64,000 nucleotides of DNA from an uncultured Candidatus Rokubacteria bacterium (lineage in GTDB: Bacteria; Methylomirabilota; Methylomirabilia; Rokubacteriales; CSP1-6): assembly GCA_963747235.1 (NCBI GenBank), contig CAVVEU010000005.1, forward strand, positions 1 to 64,000, read 5' to 3'. The notes under the pieces are model-generated. The model did no database searches. It had not been told where the DNA came from and worked only from the letters and a program-made list of their open reading frames with translations. Shown here in pieces: positions 1 to 10,970 of the stretch (its first letter is position 1; every line of letters starts with the position of its first letter). The translations under genes were made by a program, and so were the position numbers.

Positions 1-201
1 CTCGTGGCTGGTCACGTCGGTCTGCACCACCAGCGACTTGCCGGGCGTGCCCTTGCCCTCGGCGGCGGCGGACTCCAGCATGTCCTTGCGGCGTCCCGCG
101 AAGACGACGGCGTAACCCTCCTTCATGAGGGCCAGCGCGCTGGCCTTGCCGATCCCACTGCTCGCTCCCGTGACGATCGCGACTTTCTGCGTTGAAGTCA
201 T
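1..201 (-). CDS. SDR family oxidoreductase, N-terminal part (runs off window)
   Basis: Manual minus-strand translation from ATG at 201: MTSTQKVAIVTGASSGIGKASALAL..., classic TGxxxGIG Rossmann motif; not in the ORF track. Confidence 0.9.
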   Translation of the reverse strand, partial: MTSTQKVAIVTGASSGIGKASALALMKEGYAVVFAGRRKDMLESAAAEGKGTPGKSLVVQTDVTSHE

Positions 202-293
202 TGTCGGCCTCCCGGGGCCGAACCTTAGCCCGTGCGGCGGCGGCAGTCAATGCGGCTATTTGCCGCGGCGCCTTTGCTAGTATGAGCGAGGGC

Positions 294-1860
294 ATGACCA
301 CGCTGACCGACCACATCACCTATGCGGATGCCCAGCGGCTCTGCTCGCCCGCCCGGCTGTGGGAGCTCTTCGACGGCGACCGGCAGCGGATGAACATCGC
401 GCACGAGTGCATCGACCGGCACCCGGCCGATCGGGTCGCGGTGCGCCTCGTCCACTCGCCGGAGCACGGGGGCCACGACGAGGCCTTCACCTTCGGCCAG
501 CTCGCCGCCTGGTCCGCCCGCTTCGCCCACTACCTGGCCGATCGCGGCATCGGGCCGGGCGACCGCGTCGGCATCATGCTGGAGCCGTCGCTGCCCTTCT
601 ACGCGGGGCTCTTCGGCGCGGTGAAGCGCGGGGCCATCGCGGTCCCGCTCTTCACGCTCTTCGGCCCCGACGGCCTGCGCCTGCGCATCGACGACTGCAC
701 GCCGCGGCTGCTGCTCGTCTCCCCGGCGCAGGCCGAGCATCGCGGGCGACGTGCCCGGGCTCGCGACCGTCGTCGCCGACGACGCGTTCCTCGCCGCGCT
801 CGCGACGTACCCCGACCGCTACGCGGCCGACACGCGGGCCGATGATCTCGCGGTGTTCCAGTACACCTCGGGGACCACGCGCGAGCTGCCGGCGGCGGTG
901 CGCCACACCCACCGCAGCGTCGTCACGCTGATGGTCGCCGCGCTCTACGGCACCGGCATCCGGCCGGGCGATCGGTTCTTCTGCCCGTCGTCGCCCGCGT
1001 GGGGCCACGGCCTCTGGCACGGCACGCTCGGCCCGCTCGCGCTCGGCGTCACCACCGGCGCCTTCGCCGGCCAGTTCGACGCGGATCGCCTGCTGCGCGC
1101 CCTGGCCGAGCACGAGATCACCAATCTCTCGGCCGCGGCCACCCACTACCGGATGATGAAGAGCGCGGGCACCGCCGGGCGCTACCGCTACGCGATCCGC
1201 AAGCTCTCCTTCACCGGCGAGCCCATCGACGAGGCCACCCGGCTCTTCGTGGAGGCGACCTTCGGCACGCCGGTGTGCAGCATGTACGGCACCACCGAGA
1301 TCGGCGTGATCCTCGCGTCCTATCCGGGCGCGCCGGACTTCGCGGTGAAGCCGGGCTCGCTCGGCAAGCCGGTGCCCGGCGTGGAGGTGGAGGTGCAGCG
1401 CCCGGACGGCACGCGCTGCGCCCCGGACGAGGTCGGCGAGATCATGGTGAAGCGCCGCGACGGGTGGTTTCCGACCAAGGACCGCGGCTGGACCGACGCG
1501 GACGGCTATTTCTTCCACGGCGGCCGCGCCGACGACGTCATCATCTCCGCCGGCTGGACGATCAGCGCGGTGGAGGTCGAGGGCGCGCTGCTCAAGCATC
1601 CGGACGTCCGCGAGGCCGCGGTGATCGGCGTGCCCGATCAACTGCGCGGCCTGGTGGTCAAGGCCTTCATCGTGAGCCCGCGCCCCGGCGACCCGGCCTT
1701 CGCGCGCGAGCTCCAGGAATGGACGCGCACCCGCCTCGCCCAGCACGAGTACCCGCGCCAGGTCGAGTTCGTGACCGAGCTGCCCAAGACGCCCGCCGGC
1801 AAGGTGAACCGCAAGGTGCTCCGCGAGCGCGAGGCCGGCGCCTCCGTTCCCACGTCCTAG
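294..1860 (+). CDS. Acyl-CoA synthetase (acetate/short-chain AMP-binding family), frameshift near 740
   Basis: ORFs 192..845 and 751..1860 join; MNIAHECIDRH, YTSGTT P-loop, YGTTE, GRADD, PKTPAGK. Confidence 0.85.
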
Positions 1861-1871
1861 GAGGGCGAGCC

Positions 1872-3012
1872 ATGGCGGCCGAGACCCAGCAGCTCTTCCC
1901 CAAGATCACCCCGCAGGGCCTCGAGGACCTGCGCCGGCGCATCGGCGTGCCCATCACCGACACGCTCGAGCCGTGGTGCCACGAGGCCACCCGCGACAAC
2001 ATCCGCCACTACGCCCACGGCATCGGCGACGACAACCCGCTCTGGTGCGACCCGGCCTACGCGGCGCGCACGCGCCACCGCGGGATCATCGCGCTGCCGA
2101 GCTTCCTCTTCGCGACGAGCCGCATCATCTCGGGCTACGTGGGCGGGCTCTCGGGCGTGCACGCCATGTGGGCGGGCGCGGACTGGACGTGGCACCAGGC
2201 GGCGCGGCGCAACGACGAGATCTCGACCGAGGCGTGGCTCAAGGACCTGATCGAGCACCAGACGCGCTTCGCGGGCCGCTCGGTGCAGCAGATCTACCAC
2301 GTGAAGTTCCGCAACCAGCAGGGCGAGCTGCTCGCCGAGGCGGATAGCTGGTGCTTCCGCACCGAGCGCGACCACGCGCGCGAGCAGGGCTCCAAGTACG
2401 CGGACGTGAAGAGCCGGCCGACCCGGCGCTACACCGACGAGGAGCTGGCCGAGGTCTATCGCCTCTACGCGGCCGAGGAGGTGCGCGGCGCCACCCCGCG
2501 CTACTGGCAGGACGTGACCGTCGGCGAGGCGCTGCCGAAGATGGCGAAGGGACCGATGACGGTGACCGGCTTCATCGCCTACGCGCAGGGCTGGGGCGGC
2601 CTCTACATCCGCGCCAACAAGCTCAACTGGAAGCAGATCACCAAGCACTCCGGGCCTCGGCATCAAGAACCGCTTCGGCATCCCGGACTGCCCGGAGCGC
2701 GTGCACTGGGAGCACGAGTTCGCCACCGCGGTCGGCGCGCCCGGCGCCTACGACTACGGCCCGGAGCGCTGCTCCTGGCTGACGCATCACCTGACCAACT
2801 GGATGGGCGACGACGGCTTCCTCCGCCGCGCGCACTGCAAGATCCGCCGCCACAATCCGGAGGGCGACTACCTGATCATCGAGGGGCGCGTCACCGGCAA
2901 GCGCGTCGAGGACGGCCGGCACCTGGTGGACATCGAGCAGGAAGCGCACAACCAGGACGGCGAGCTCTCGGTGGTGGGCGGCGGCGTGGTCGAGCTGCCC
3001 GCGCGCGCATGA
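1872..3012 (+). CDS. Double hot-dog (MaoC/FAS1-like) acyl-CoA dehydratase, frameshift near 2650
   Basis: IRHYAHGIGDDNPLW N-terminal MaoC motif; second domain HWEHEFA..GAPGAYDYG; RBS GGAGG upstream. Confidence 0.8.
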
Positions 3013-4185
3013 TGCGGCGTCCGCTCCGGCCTCGAGGTGCTGGCCGGGCGCCTGGGCTCCCTGCTCGCGGGCCGGCGGGTCGGTCTGCTCGCCCACCCCG
3101 CGTCGGTGGCGCGCGATCTCACCCACGCCGCCGACGTGATCCGGAAGATGCGGCGGGTGCGTCTGACCGCGCTGTTCGGGCCGGAGCACGGCCTCGGCGG
3201 CGTCGTGCAGGACCATGTCCACGTCGGCGCCGAGTACGACCGCGCGCGACGGGTTCCGGTGCACAGCCTCTACGGCAAGCGTCGCCTCGCGCCGACTCCC
3301 GCCATGCTGCGCGGAATCGACGTCCTGGTGGTGGACCTGCAGGACGTGGGCGCGCGCTACTACACCTACGCGTGGACCACCGTGCTGGCCATGCGGTGTG
3401 CGCGCGCGAGGGCAAGCCGGTGATCGTGCTCGACCGGCCGAACCCGCTGGGCGGCGAGCGGCTCGAGGGCAACGACGCCGATCCGCGGTTCGCCTCGTTC
3501 GTCGGCCTCTACCCGCTGCCGATCCGCCACGGCCTGACCATCGCGGAGCTGGCCGCCTACCACAACGAGACGCAGCAGCTCGGCTGCGACCTCACGGTGG
3601 TGCCGATGGCCGGCTGGCGCCGCGAGATGCTCTGGGAGGACACCGAGCTGCCGTGGGTGGCGCCGTCGCCCAACATGCCGACGCCCGACACCGCGCGCGT
3701 CTACCCGGGCGGCTGCCTGCTCGAGGGCACCAATCTCTCCGAGGCGCGCGGCACCACGCGGCCCTTCGAGTGGGTGGGCGCGCCGTACCTCGACGGCCCG
3801 AAGCTGGCCGCCGCGCTCGAGCGGCGCGGCCTGCCCGGGGTGCGCTTCCGCCCCATCACCTTCGAGCCGATGTTCCAGAAGTGGGCGCGACGCGCCTGCC
3901 ATGGGCGTGCAGGTGCACGTGACCGACTGGGACCGCTTTCGCTCCTACGCGGCCTACGTGGCCCTCATCGCGGAGGCGCGCCGGCAGGCCCCGCGCGGCT
4001 TCCGCTGGAAGCGACCGCCCTACGAGTACCAGTGGAACAAGCAGCCCATCGATCTCATCGCCGGCACCGACCGGATCCGCCGGGCCATCGAGGCCGGCAC
4101 GTCGCTGGCGCGCATGGAGGCCTCCTGGCGGGAGGACCTGGCCGCCTTCGCGCGGGCGCGCCGGCCGTACCTGCTCTACAAATGA
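3009..4185 (+). CDS. namZ: DUF1343 exo-beta-N-acetylmuramidase NamZ family, several frameshifts
   Basis: LFGPEHG, DLQDVGARYYTY, VLDRPNPLGG, PSPNMPT, EGTNLSEARGTTRPFE motifs spread over several frames. Confidence 0.85.
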
Positions 4186-4195
4186 TCGGGCCTGG

Positions 4196-5344
4196 ATGAA
4201 TGCGCTCGCCCTGCTCTTCCTCCTGGCCTTCCTGGTCTCGGTGGATCTGCGCATCATCGCGCCGGTGCTGCCGTCCATCAGCGAGTCGCTGCGGGCGACG
4301 GCGGGCGCCATCGGGCTCGCCATGACCAGCTACTCCTTCGCCTACGGCGCGGGCCAGCTCGCGTACGGCCCGCTCTCCGATCGCCACGGCCGCGTGGCGG
4401 TCATCCGGCTCGCCGCGCTCGGCTTCACCGTGTCCACCGCCCTCTCCGCCCTCTGCGCCACCACCGGGCAGTTCGTCGCGGTGCGCCTGCTCACCGGCGC
4501 CTTCGCGGGCGCGGTGATCCCGCTCACCATCGTCCACATCGGCGACACCGTCGAGTACGCGCAGCGGCAGGTGATGGTGGCCCGCTTCTCGATCGTGACC
4601 TCGGCCGGGCTCGCCTTCTCGGCGGCCATCGGCGGCCTCGTCGCGCACTTCGTCTCGTGGCGGGCGATGCTGATCGGCTACGCGGTGGTCGCGCTCGTGC
4701 CCGCGGCGCTGCTGTGGCGGCTGCCGCCGGGCAAGCCGGCGCGCGCGCCGGGCGAGATGGCGCCGGTGGCGCGCTTCGCCGACTTCCTGATGGATCCGTT
4801 CGGCCGCCTGGTCTACTTCTCGATCTTCGCGGAGGGCTTCCTGCTCTGGGGCGCGGTGGCCTACCTCGGCGCCTACGCCGCCTCGCGGTACGGGCTCGAG
4901 CCAGCTGGGCGTCGGCCTCCTCTTCGCGCTCTTCGGCGTCGGCACCATGGTGGGCGGCGCCCTGATGGGGCCGCTGCGCGGCGCGGCTCTCCGAGCGGGG
5001 CCTCGCGGGCGGGGGCGGGCTCGTCATGGGCCTCGCGCTGATGACGATGATCCCGCGCCGGCCCGTGGCCGGTGTTCGCGGCGGCGATGCTGCTGCTCGG
5101 CCTGGGCTTCGTCGGCCTGCACACCACGCTGCAGGTGTACGGCACCGAGATCAGCCAGGCCGCGCGCGGCAAGGCCTTCTCACTCTTTCCCGCGAGCCTC
5201 TTCTCGGGCATGGCGGTCGGCACCGCGGTGATGGGCCCGCTGGTGGACGCGGGCGGCGAGCGCATCGTGCTGGCCATCTCCGGCGTGGGCCTCGCCGGAG
5301 TCGGCGTCATCACCGCGGGCATCCGCCGCAGGAGAACCGCATGA
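4196..5344 (+). CDS. MFS transporter, frameshifts near 4900-5070
   Basis: MFS motif A GPLSDRHGR; hydrophobic helices; C-terminus in ORF 5072..5344. Confidence 0.8.
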
Positions 5345-6874
5345 GCCTCGAAGCGCCAATGAGTCTCGAATCCATGGTGGGCCGGCAGCTCATCGTGGGG
5401 CTGCCCGGCCCCGACGCCACCGACGACGACCTGCGCCTGCTGCGCGACATCCACGCGGGCGGGCTGATGCTCTACCGGCGCAACTTCGAGACGCCGGAGC
5501 GCTTCCTGCGCTTCATCGCGCGGCTCGAGGAAGGGCTCGGGCGCCGGCTCCTGATCACCACCGATCACGAGGGCGGCCGCATCATCATGCTGAACAGGGG
5601 CGTCACCATCTTCCCGGACAACCTCACCGCGGGCACCGCGGGCGACGAGGCGATGGTGGCGCGCCAGGGGCTGATCGAGGGGCGCGAGCTGCGGCGCCTC
5701 GGCGTGGACGTCAACTTCGGCCCGTGCCTCGACGTGCTCACCGAGCGCTACAGCCCGAACATCGGCATCCGCTCCTACGGGAAAGACCCGGCGCTGGTCT
5801 CGCGCCTGGGCGCCGCGCGCATCCGCGGCATGCAGGCGGGCGGCATCTCGGCCTGCGCCAAGCACTTCCCCGGCAAGGGGCACGCGCCGGTGGACGCGCA
5901 CCTGGGCCTGCCCGTGATCGACTCGGACTGGGGCGACATGCACGCGCTCCACCTGCCGCCGTTCATGGCCGCGATGGAGGCGGGCGTGGACTGCATCATG
6001 ACCTCGCACCCGCTCTACCCGAACCTGGATCCGGCGCCCGCCATGCCGGCCACGTTCTCGAAGCTGATCGTGGAGGACTACCTGCGCGGCCAGGTGGGCT
6101 ACCGCGGCGTCATCGTGTCGGACGATCTCGAGATGGGCGCGATCGGCGCGCTCTGCCCGATCGGCGAGGCCACCGTGCGCACCGCCGCGGCCGGGCACGA
6201 TCTGCTCCTGGTCTGCCACACCGCGCCGGCCCAGCGCGCGGCCTACGAGGCGGTGGTCGCGGCGTATCGCGACAAGACGCTCCGGATCCGCGAGCTCGAG
6301 AAGAGCATGGCGCGGCTCGACGCGCTCGACGCCAGGCGGCCCGAGCGCGTCACCGGCGGCGCGCCCCGCGCGGAGGCCGACGGCGACCCGCTGGCCCGCG
6401 CGATGGCCGCGCGCGCGGTCACGGTGGTGGCGGCGCCCGACGCCGCGTGGCGGCCCGCGCTCAACGGCAAGCGTCCTCGCCATCTTCCCGCGGCTGTCGT
6501 CACTCGCCGACCGCATCACGATCGAGCCGGTCATGCAGGACGAGCCGCGCTACCTGCGCGAGGCGATGGCGCCGCACGGCGTGCAGCCCGAGCCGCTGGT
6601 GGTGGGCGTGGAGCCGACCGCCGAGGAGATCGAGCGCGCGCGGAGCGCGGCCGCCGCCGCGGACGCCACCGTGCTCTTCCTCTACGACGCGCACCTCTAC
6701 AAGTCGAACAGGGCGCTGCTGGAGGCGGTGCAGGCCGGCGCGCGGAAGCTGGGCGTGGTGCTGATGCGCGATCCGTGGGACGCGGAGTTCCTCGCGCCCG
6801 GCGTCGCCGCGCTCACCGCCTACGGGTGGCGGCGCTGCCAGCTCGACGCGGTGATGGCGCGCCTGCTGACCTGA
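5341..6874 (+). CDS. nagZ: GH3 beta-N-acetylhexosaminidase NagZ, frameshift near 6470
   Basis: TDHEGGRI, KHFPGKG..DAH, VSDDLEMGA; C-terminal domain in ORF 6533..6874. Confidence 0.85.
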
Positions 6875-6914
6875 CCACCACCCAAATGGCCGTACGGGTC
6901 GCCGGATCGCAGGG

Positions 6915-7066
6915 ATGCAGTCGAGGGTGTTCGAACCGGGCGAGGTGATCTTCGGGCAGGGCGACCCGGAGATCGGGAAGCCTATCTCGTACACGACGGC
7001 GAGATCGCGGTCCGGAGACAAACGCCGGATGGGGAGGTGGCTCTTCGCTCTCTCACGAAGGGAGAG
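6915..7066 (+). pseudogene. Truncated cyclic-nucleotide-binding (cNMP) domain gene fragment
   Basis: With one indel it reads MQSRVFEPGEVIFGQGDPGDREAYLVHDGEIAVRRQTPDGEVALRSLTKGE and stops just before the expected FGE motif. Confidence 0.6.
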
Positions 7067-7586
7067 AGTCCCAGAATACCGCCACGCGCGTGAGGTTGGG
7101 CAGCGCCTTCTTCAGGAACTGCATGCGCTTGCTTGTCAGCTCGATCTGACGCAGGAAGACACCCGTGGCATTGCCGCCGGGCTTCGCCAAGCTCGCGATG
7201 TAGCCGCGGGCAAACGGGTCAAAGTCCACCGCGGCGATCACGATCGGAACCGTGCCGGTCGCCTTCCGAGCCGCCTGCAGCGTCGCCTCGGGGCCCGGAG
7301 CAAAAAAGACGTCGACATTCAGACGGACGAGCTCGGCGGCGAGGGCGGGAAGCCGACTCACATCGCCTTCGGCGTTCCTGAACTCGATGACGAGGTTCTG
7401 GCCCTCGACGTGCCCCAGCTCGCGCAGCCGCTGGATCATGGCTTCGGTGAAGGACGTGGTGCGCGGGTTGACCGCCGAAAGGATACCGAGCCTGCTCATC
7501 CTTCCCGGCGTCTGCGCCCGTGCGGCGAGCGGCGCGGCGAGGAGGCTGCCGCCCACCGTGCCGATGAACGAACGGCGGTCCATCAC
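7053..7586 (-). pseudogene. 3'-truncated ABC substrate-binding protein (COG2984/PF04392 type)
   Basis: Tat-like MMDRRSF, ASLAKPGGNATG; ends at VAVFWD, about half the length of its neighbours. Confidence 0.8.
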
Positions 7587-8575
7587 TCGATCACCCGATC
7601 CGCCCGCTGCAGGAGAGACTCAGGGATCGTCAGCCCCAGGGCCTTGGCGGTGCTGAGGTTGATGACGAGATCGAACTTCGACGGCTGCTCCACCGGGAGA
7701 TCGCCTGGCTTGGCACCCTTGAGAATCTTGTCGACGTAGGTCGCCGCACGTCGGTACAGGTCTGCGATGTTCGCGCTGTACGCCATCAACCCGCCGGCGT
7801 CGACGTAGTCTCTGGTCCAGTAGATGGCCGGCAATCGGTGCTTCAGGACCAGCTGCGCGAACGCTCGAGGGTAGCGGATCGTGACAGGGTCCCCGATGAC
7901 AATAACTCCCGCGACTCCATCTTTTCGGCTCTGGATCAAGATCGGCTCGAAATCATCGGGCCCACGCACCGTGAGGACCGACAGGCTGATGGCCAACACC
8001 TTAGCGCCCGCTTCCAGCTCACCTAGACCGTCCCGGGTGAGACTGCCCGGACTGGTGACAACACCAAACCGTGAAGCCGAAGGCAGAGCTTCCTTGAGCA
8101 GCTCGACGTATTTCTGCCGGAGCCCAGGGACGAGACGCGTCAAGCCGGTCACATTCGCGCCCGGCCGCGCCAGGCTCGCGACCCCCAATCCCTCGCTGAC
8201 CGGATCCGGGGCAAAAACCATCACGATGGGAATCGTGGATGTAGCCTGTCGTGCCGCCCGCGTTTCTGGCCCCGCCGTCGTCACGATGACATCGACCTTG
8301 GCTCGCGCAAGCTCGGCGGCCAGCCCGGCGAGCCGCTCAGGTCGGCCGCCCGCGGAGGCGCGCCTCACAATGAGGTTGCGCCCTTCGACATAGCCCAGCC
8401 CGCGCATAGCTTCGAGAAACGCGGACGACCAGTCTTGTGCAGGATCAGGGTTAGGAAAGCCGAGCCCGAGGGTCCCGACTGTGTACACCTTCCCCACCTG
8501 CTGCGCGTCGGCGGTGAGCGGCACAGCGAGCACGTAGCCCGCCAAGGTGCCCAGGAATACCCGGCGAGCGATCAC
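7583..8575 (-). CDS. ABC substrate-binding protein (COG2984/PF04392 type)
   Basis: RRVF signal, [42 protein letters not shown]. Confidence 0.9.
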   Translation of the reverse strand: MIARRVFLGTLAGYVLAVPLTADAQQVGKVYTVGTLGLGFPNPDPAQDWSSAFLEAMRGLGYVEGRNLIVRRASAGGRPERLAGLAAELARAKVDVIVTTAGPETRAARQATSTIPIVMVFAPDPVSEGLGVASLARPGANVTGLTRLVPGLRQKYVELLKEALPSASRFGVVTSPGSLTRDGLGELEAGAKVLAISLSVLTVRGPDDFEPILIQSRKDGVAGVIVIGDPVTIRYPRAFAQLVLKHRLPAIYWTRDYVDAGGLMAYSANIADLYRRAATYVDKILKGAKPGDLPVEQPSKFDLVINLSTAKALGLTIPESLLQRADRVIE

Positions 8576-9555
8576 TCAATCACCTGATCCGCTCTCTGGA
8601 GGAGCGACTGGGAGATCGTGAGCCCAAGGGTTTTGGCGGTCCTGAGGTTGATGACAAGGTCGAACTTCGTCGGCTGCTCGATCGGCAGGTCGCCTGGCTT
8701 CGCTCCCCTCAGGATCCGGTCGATGTAGGAGGCGAGCCGTTCATAGTACTCCGGTTGGTTCGGGCCATAGGCCATGAGACCGCCGATATCGGGAAAGTTC
8801 TGGAACATGGAGATCGCCGGCAAACGACGCTTTACCGAGAACTCCGCGACCCGTGTGGCGGCGGGACCCTTGTCAAAGAGGGGGGATGACAACTGGACAA
8901 CAGCTCGTGATCCGCCCCTGACTCCGGCTCCGAGCGCATTCTCTACATCCCACGCTCCTCGGATTTCAAGGATCTGAAGCTCCATTCCGAGCTTCAGAGC
9001 CGCTACCTTGATCGCTGCCAACTGCCACGGACCAGTGGTCGGATCCACGAGAACGGCGATCCGGCTGGTTCCCGGAGCCGCCTCTCTAATCAGCTCCAGC
9101 CACTTGCCGGTCAACCCGGGTTGGTCGAGAAAACACCCGGTGATGTTTCCGCCCGGACGGCCGAGACTTCGAGCGAACCCTGCCGCAACGGGGTCACTCT
9201 CTAGATCGACGGCCACGATCGGAATCGCGGTCGTGGCGTCTCGTGCGGCCCGGATGGCAGCCGGGCCAATCGCTAGCAGGACATCGACTTTCCGATGGAC
9301 GAGTCCTGCGGCGAGACCAGGAAAAGCCTCGGCCTTCCCGCCCGCGAAACGAACCTCGAAGACAATCTGGCCGTCGACGTAGCCGAGCTTACGTAGACCT
9401 TGTCGGGTGACGTCGACCAGGAGAGAGTGAGGTCCGACACCGGTGTGGAGAACACCCAGCGCCGGAACCTTTACCATCGGCTGGGCTTCCGCCCTGAGCG
9501 ATCTGCCGAGGAGCGCAAACGTCGAACCGAAGATGAACATTCGCCGGTCCATCAC
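8572..9555 (-). CDS. ABC substrate-binding protein (COG2984/PF04392 type)
   Basis: MMDRRMF signal, SLGRPGGNITG, GAKPGDLPIEQP, LLQRADQVIE. Confidence 0.9.
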   Translation of the reverse strand: MMDRRMFIFGSTFALLGRSLRAEAQPMVKVPALGVLHTGVGPHSLLVDVTRQGLRKLGYVDGQIVFEVRFAGGKAEAFPGLAAGLVHRKVDVLLAIGPAAIRAARDATTAIPIVAVDLESDPVAAGFARSLGRPGGNITGCFLDQPGLTGKWLELIREAAPGTSRIAVLVDPTTGPWQLAAIKVAALKLGMELQILEIRGAWDVENALGAGVRGGSRAVVQLSSPLFDKGPAATRVAEFSVKRRLPAISMFQNFPDIGGLMAYGPNQPEYYERLASYIDRILRGAKPGDLPIEQPTKFDLVINLRTAKTLGLTISQSLLQRADQVIE

Positions 9556-10539
9556 TCGATCACCTGGTCCGCCCGCTGCAGGAGCGAGGGTGGAATGGTG
9601 AGGCCAAGGGCCTTAGCGGTCTTGAGGTTGAAGGCCAGCGTCACCGCGGTCGCCTGCTCGATTGGCAGGTCGGCCGGGCTGGCGCCCCTGAGCACCCGAT
9701 CGACGTAGGCCGCCGCGCGCTGCGCCGCCCAGCGGCCGCTGGCGCCGTACGCCATGAGCCCACCTTCCTCGACGTGCTCCGCCCACTGGTAGATCGCGGG
9801 CAGTCGGTGCCGCGCCGCGAGCTCGATGATCCGGCCTCGGTCTGCGTGCAGGGTGGGGCTGGCCCCGACGAACAGCGCGTCGGCGCGCTCGCTTCTCATC
9901 GTCGTGAACGCCCGCTCGTACTCGTGCCCCTTCGCCTCGACCACGACGAGCCTGACGCCGAGGAGCGCGGCGGCCCGTTCCGCCTCCTTCACCTGGACCT
10001 GGAAGGCCGCGTCTCCCGTGGCGAGGAGCGCGATCCGGGTCGCCTGCGGAACCGCTTCCTTGAGCAGCTCCAAGCGTTTGCCCGCCAGTACGCTCCCGAG
10101 CACGACGCCGGTGGCATTCCCGCCGGGTCGCGCCAGGCTCGGAGTCAGTCCCAGATCGACCGGATCCTGACCCGCGATGATGAAGACGATCGGGATCGTC
10201 CTGGTCGCCGCCAGGGCGGCCCGAACCGTCGCGGTCCCGCCCGTGAGGATGACGTCCACGTGACGCTGCACGAGCTCGGCCGCGAGCGCCGTGAGTCGTT
10301 CGACGAACCCGTCGGCGTAGCGGCGCTCGACCGTCAGGTTCCGGCCCTCGACATAGCCCAGGTCCCGCAGAACCACAACGACATCACGGCGGGCGTCATA
10401 CGTCGCGCGGGCGGGAGGCGCGCCGAGATTGAGCGTCCCGAGCCGGAACACCTTGCCCCCCTGTTGCGCCGAGGCGGCGAGCGGCCCGGCGAGGAGGCCC
10501 GCGGTCACGCTGGCCATGAATGCTCCTCCGGTTCGTCAC
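9552..10539 (-). CDS. ABC substrate-binding protein (COG2984/PF04392 type)
   Basis: ORF 9552..10517; probable true start GTG at 10539 giving TNRRAF signal after one indel; SLARPGGNATG, LLQRADQVIE. Confidence 0.85.
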
Positions 10540-10547
10540 CCAGTCAC

Positions 10548-10970
10548 CTACTTCGCCGCGAGGATCATGTAGGTGGCGCGGCCGACGGCGAGCAGCTTGC
10601 CCGCGCCGTCGGTGATGGTGGCCTCACCGAACGCGATGGTGCGGCCGCGCCGCAGGATGCGCCCGTCCGCGAAGACGTCGCCCGTCCCCGCGCCCATGAA
10701 GCTCACGTTGAGGTCGAGCGTGGTCTGCCCCACCCCGCCCGCGGCGGCCTCGTGCATGGTCGAGAGCGCGCCGCCCACCGCCATGTCCACCAGCGCGGAG
10801 AAGACGCCGCCGTGCACGGGCGCGCCGGGCGCATTGCGCAGCTCGTCGCGCACCGGCACCCGCAGCCGCACCTTGCCCTCGCTCGCCTCCAGCACCTCCA
10901 CCCCCAGGTACCGCCAGAAGGAATTGTCGCGCGCGCGGGCGCGCACCCGCTCCAGCAGATCGTCGCTCAT
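10548..10970 (-). CDS. PaaI family thioesterase
   Basis: NAPGAPVHGGVFSALVD hot-dog motif, TLDLNVSF; start MSDDLLERV. Confidence 0.9.
   Translation of the reverse strand: MSDDLLERVRARARDNSFWRYLGVEVLEASEGKVRLRVPVRDELRNAPGAPVHGGVFSALVDMAVGGALSTMHEAAAGGVGQTTLDLNVSFMGAGTGDVFADGRILRRGRTIAFGEATITDGAGKLLAVGRATYMILAAK

Noticed and set aside
6915-9708. Plus-strand ORFs containing HSITRSAR..ALAVLRL as a repeated novel protein family
   Set aside because: They are antisense shadows of the conserved SBP 3' ends
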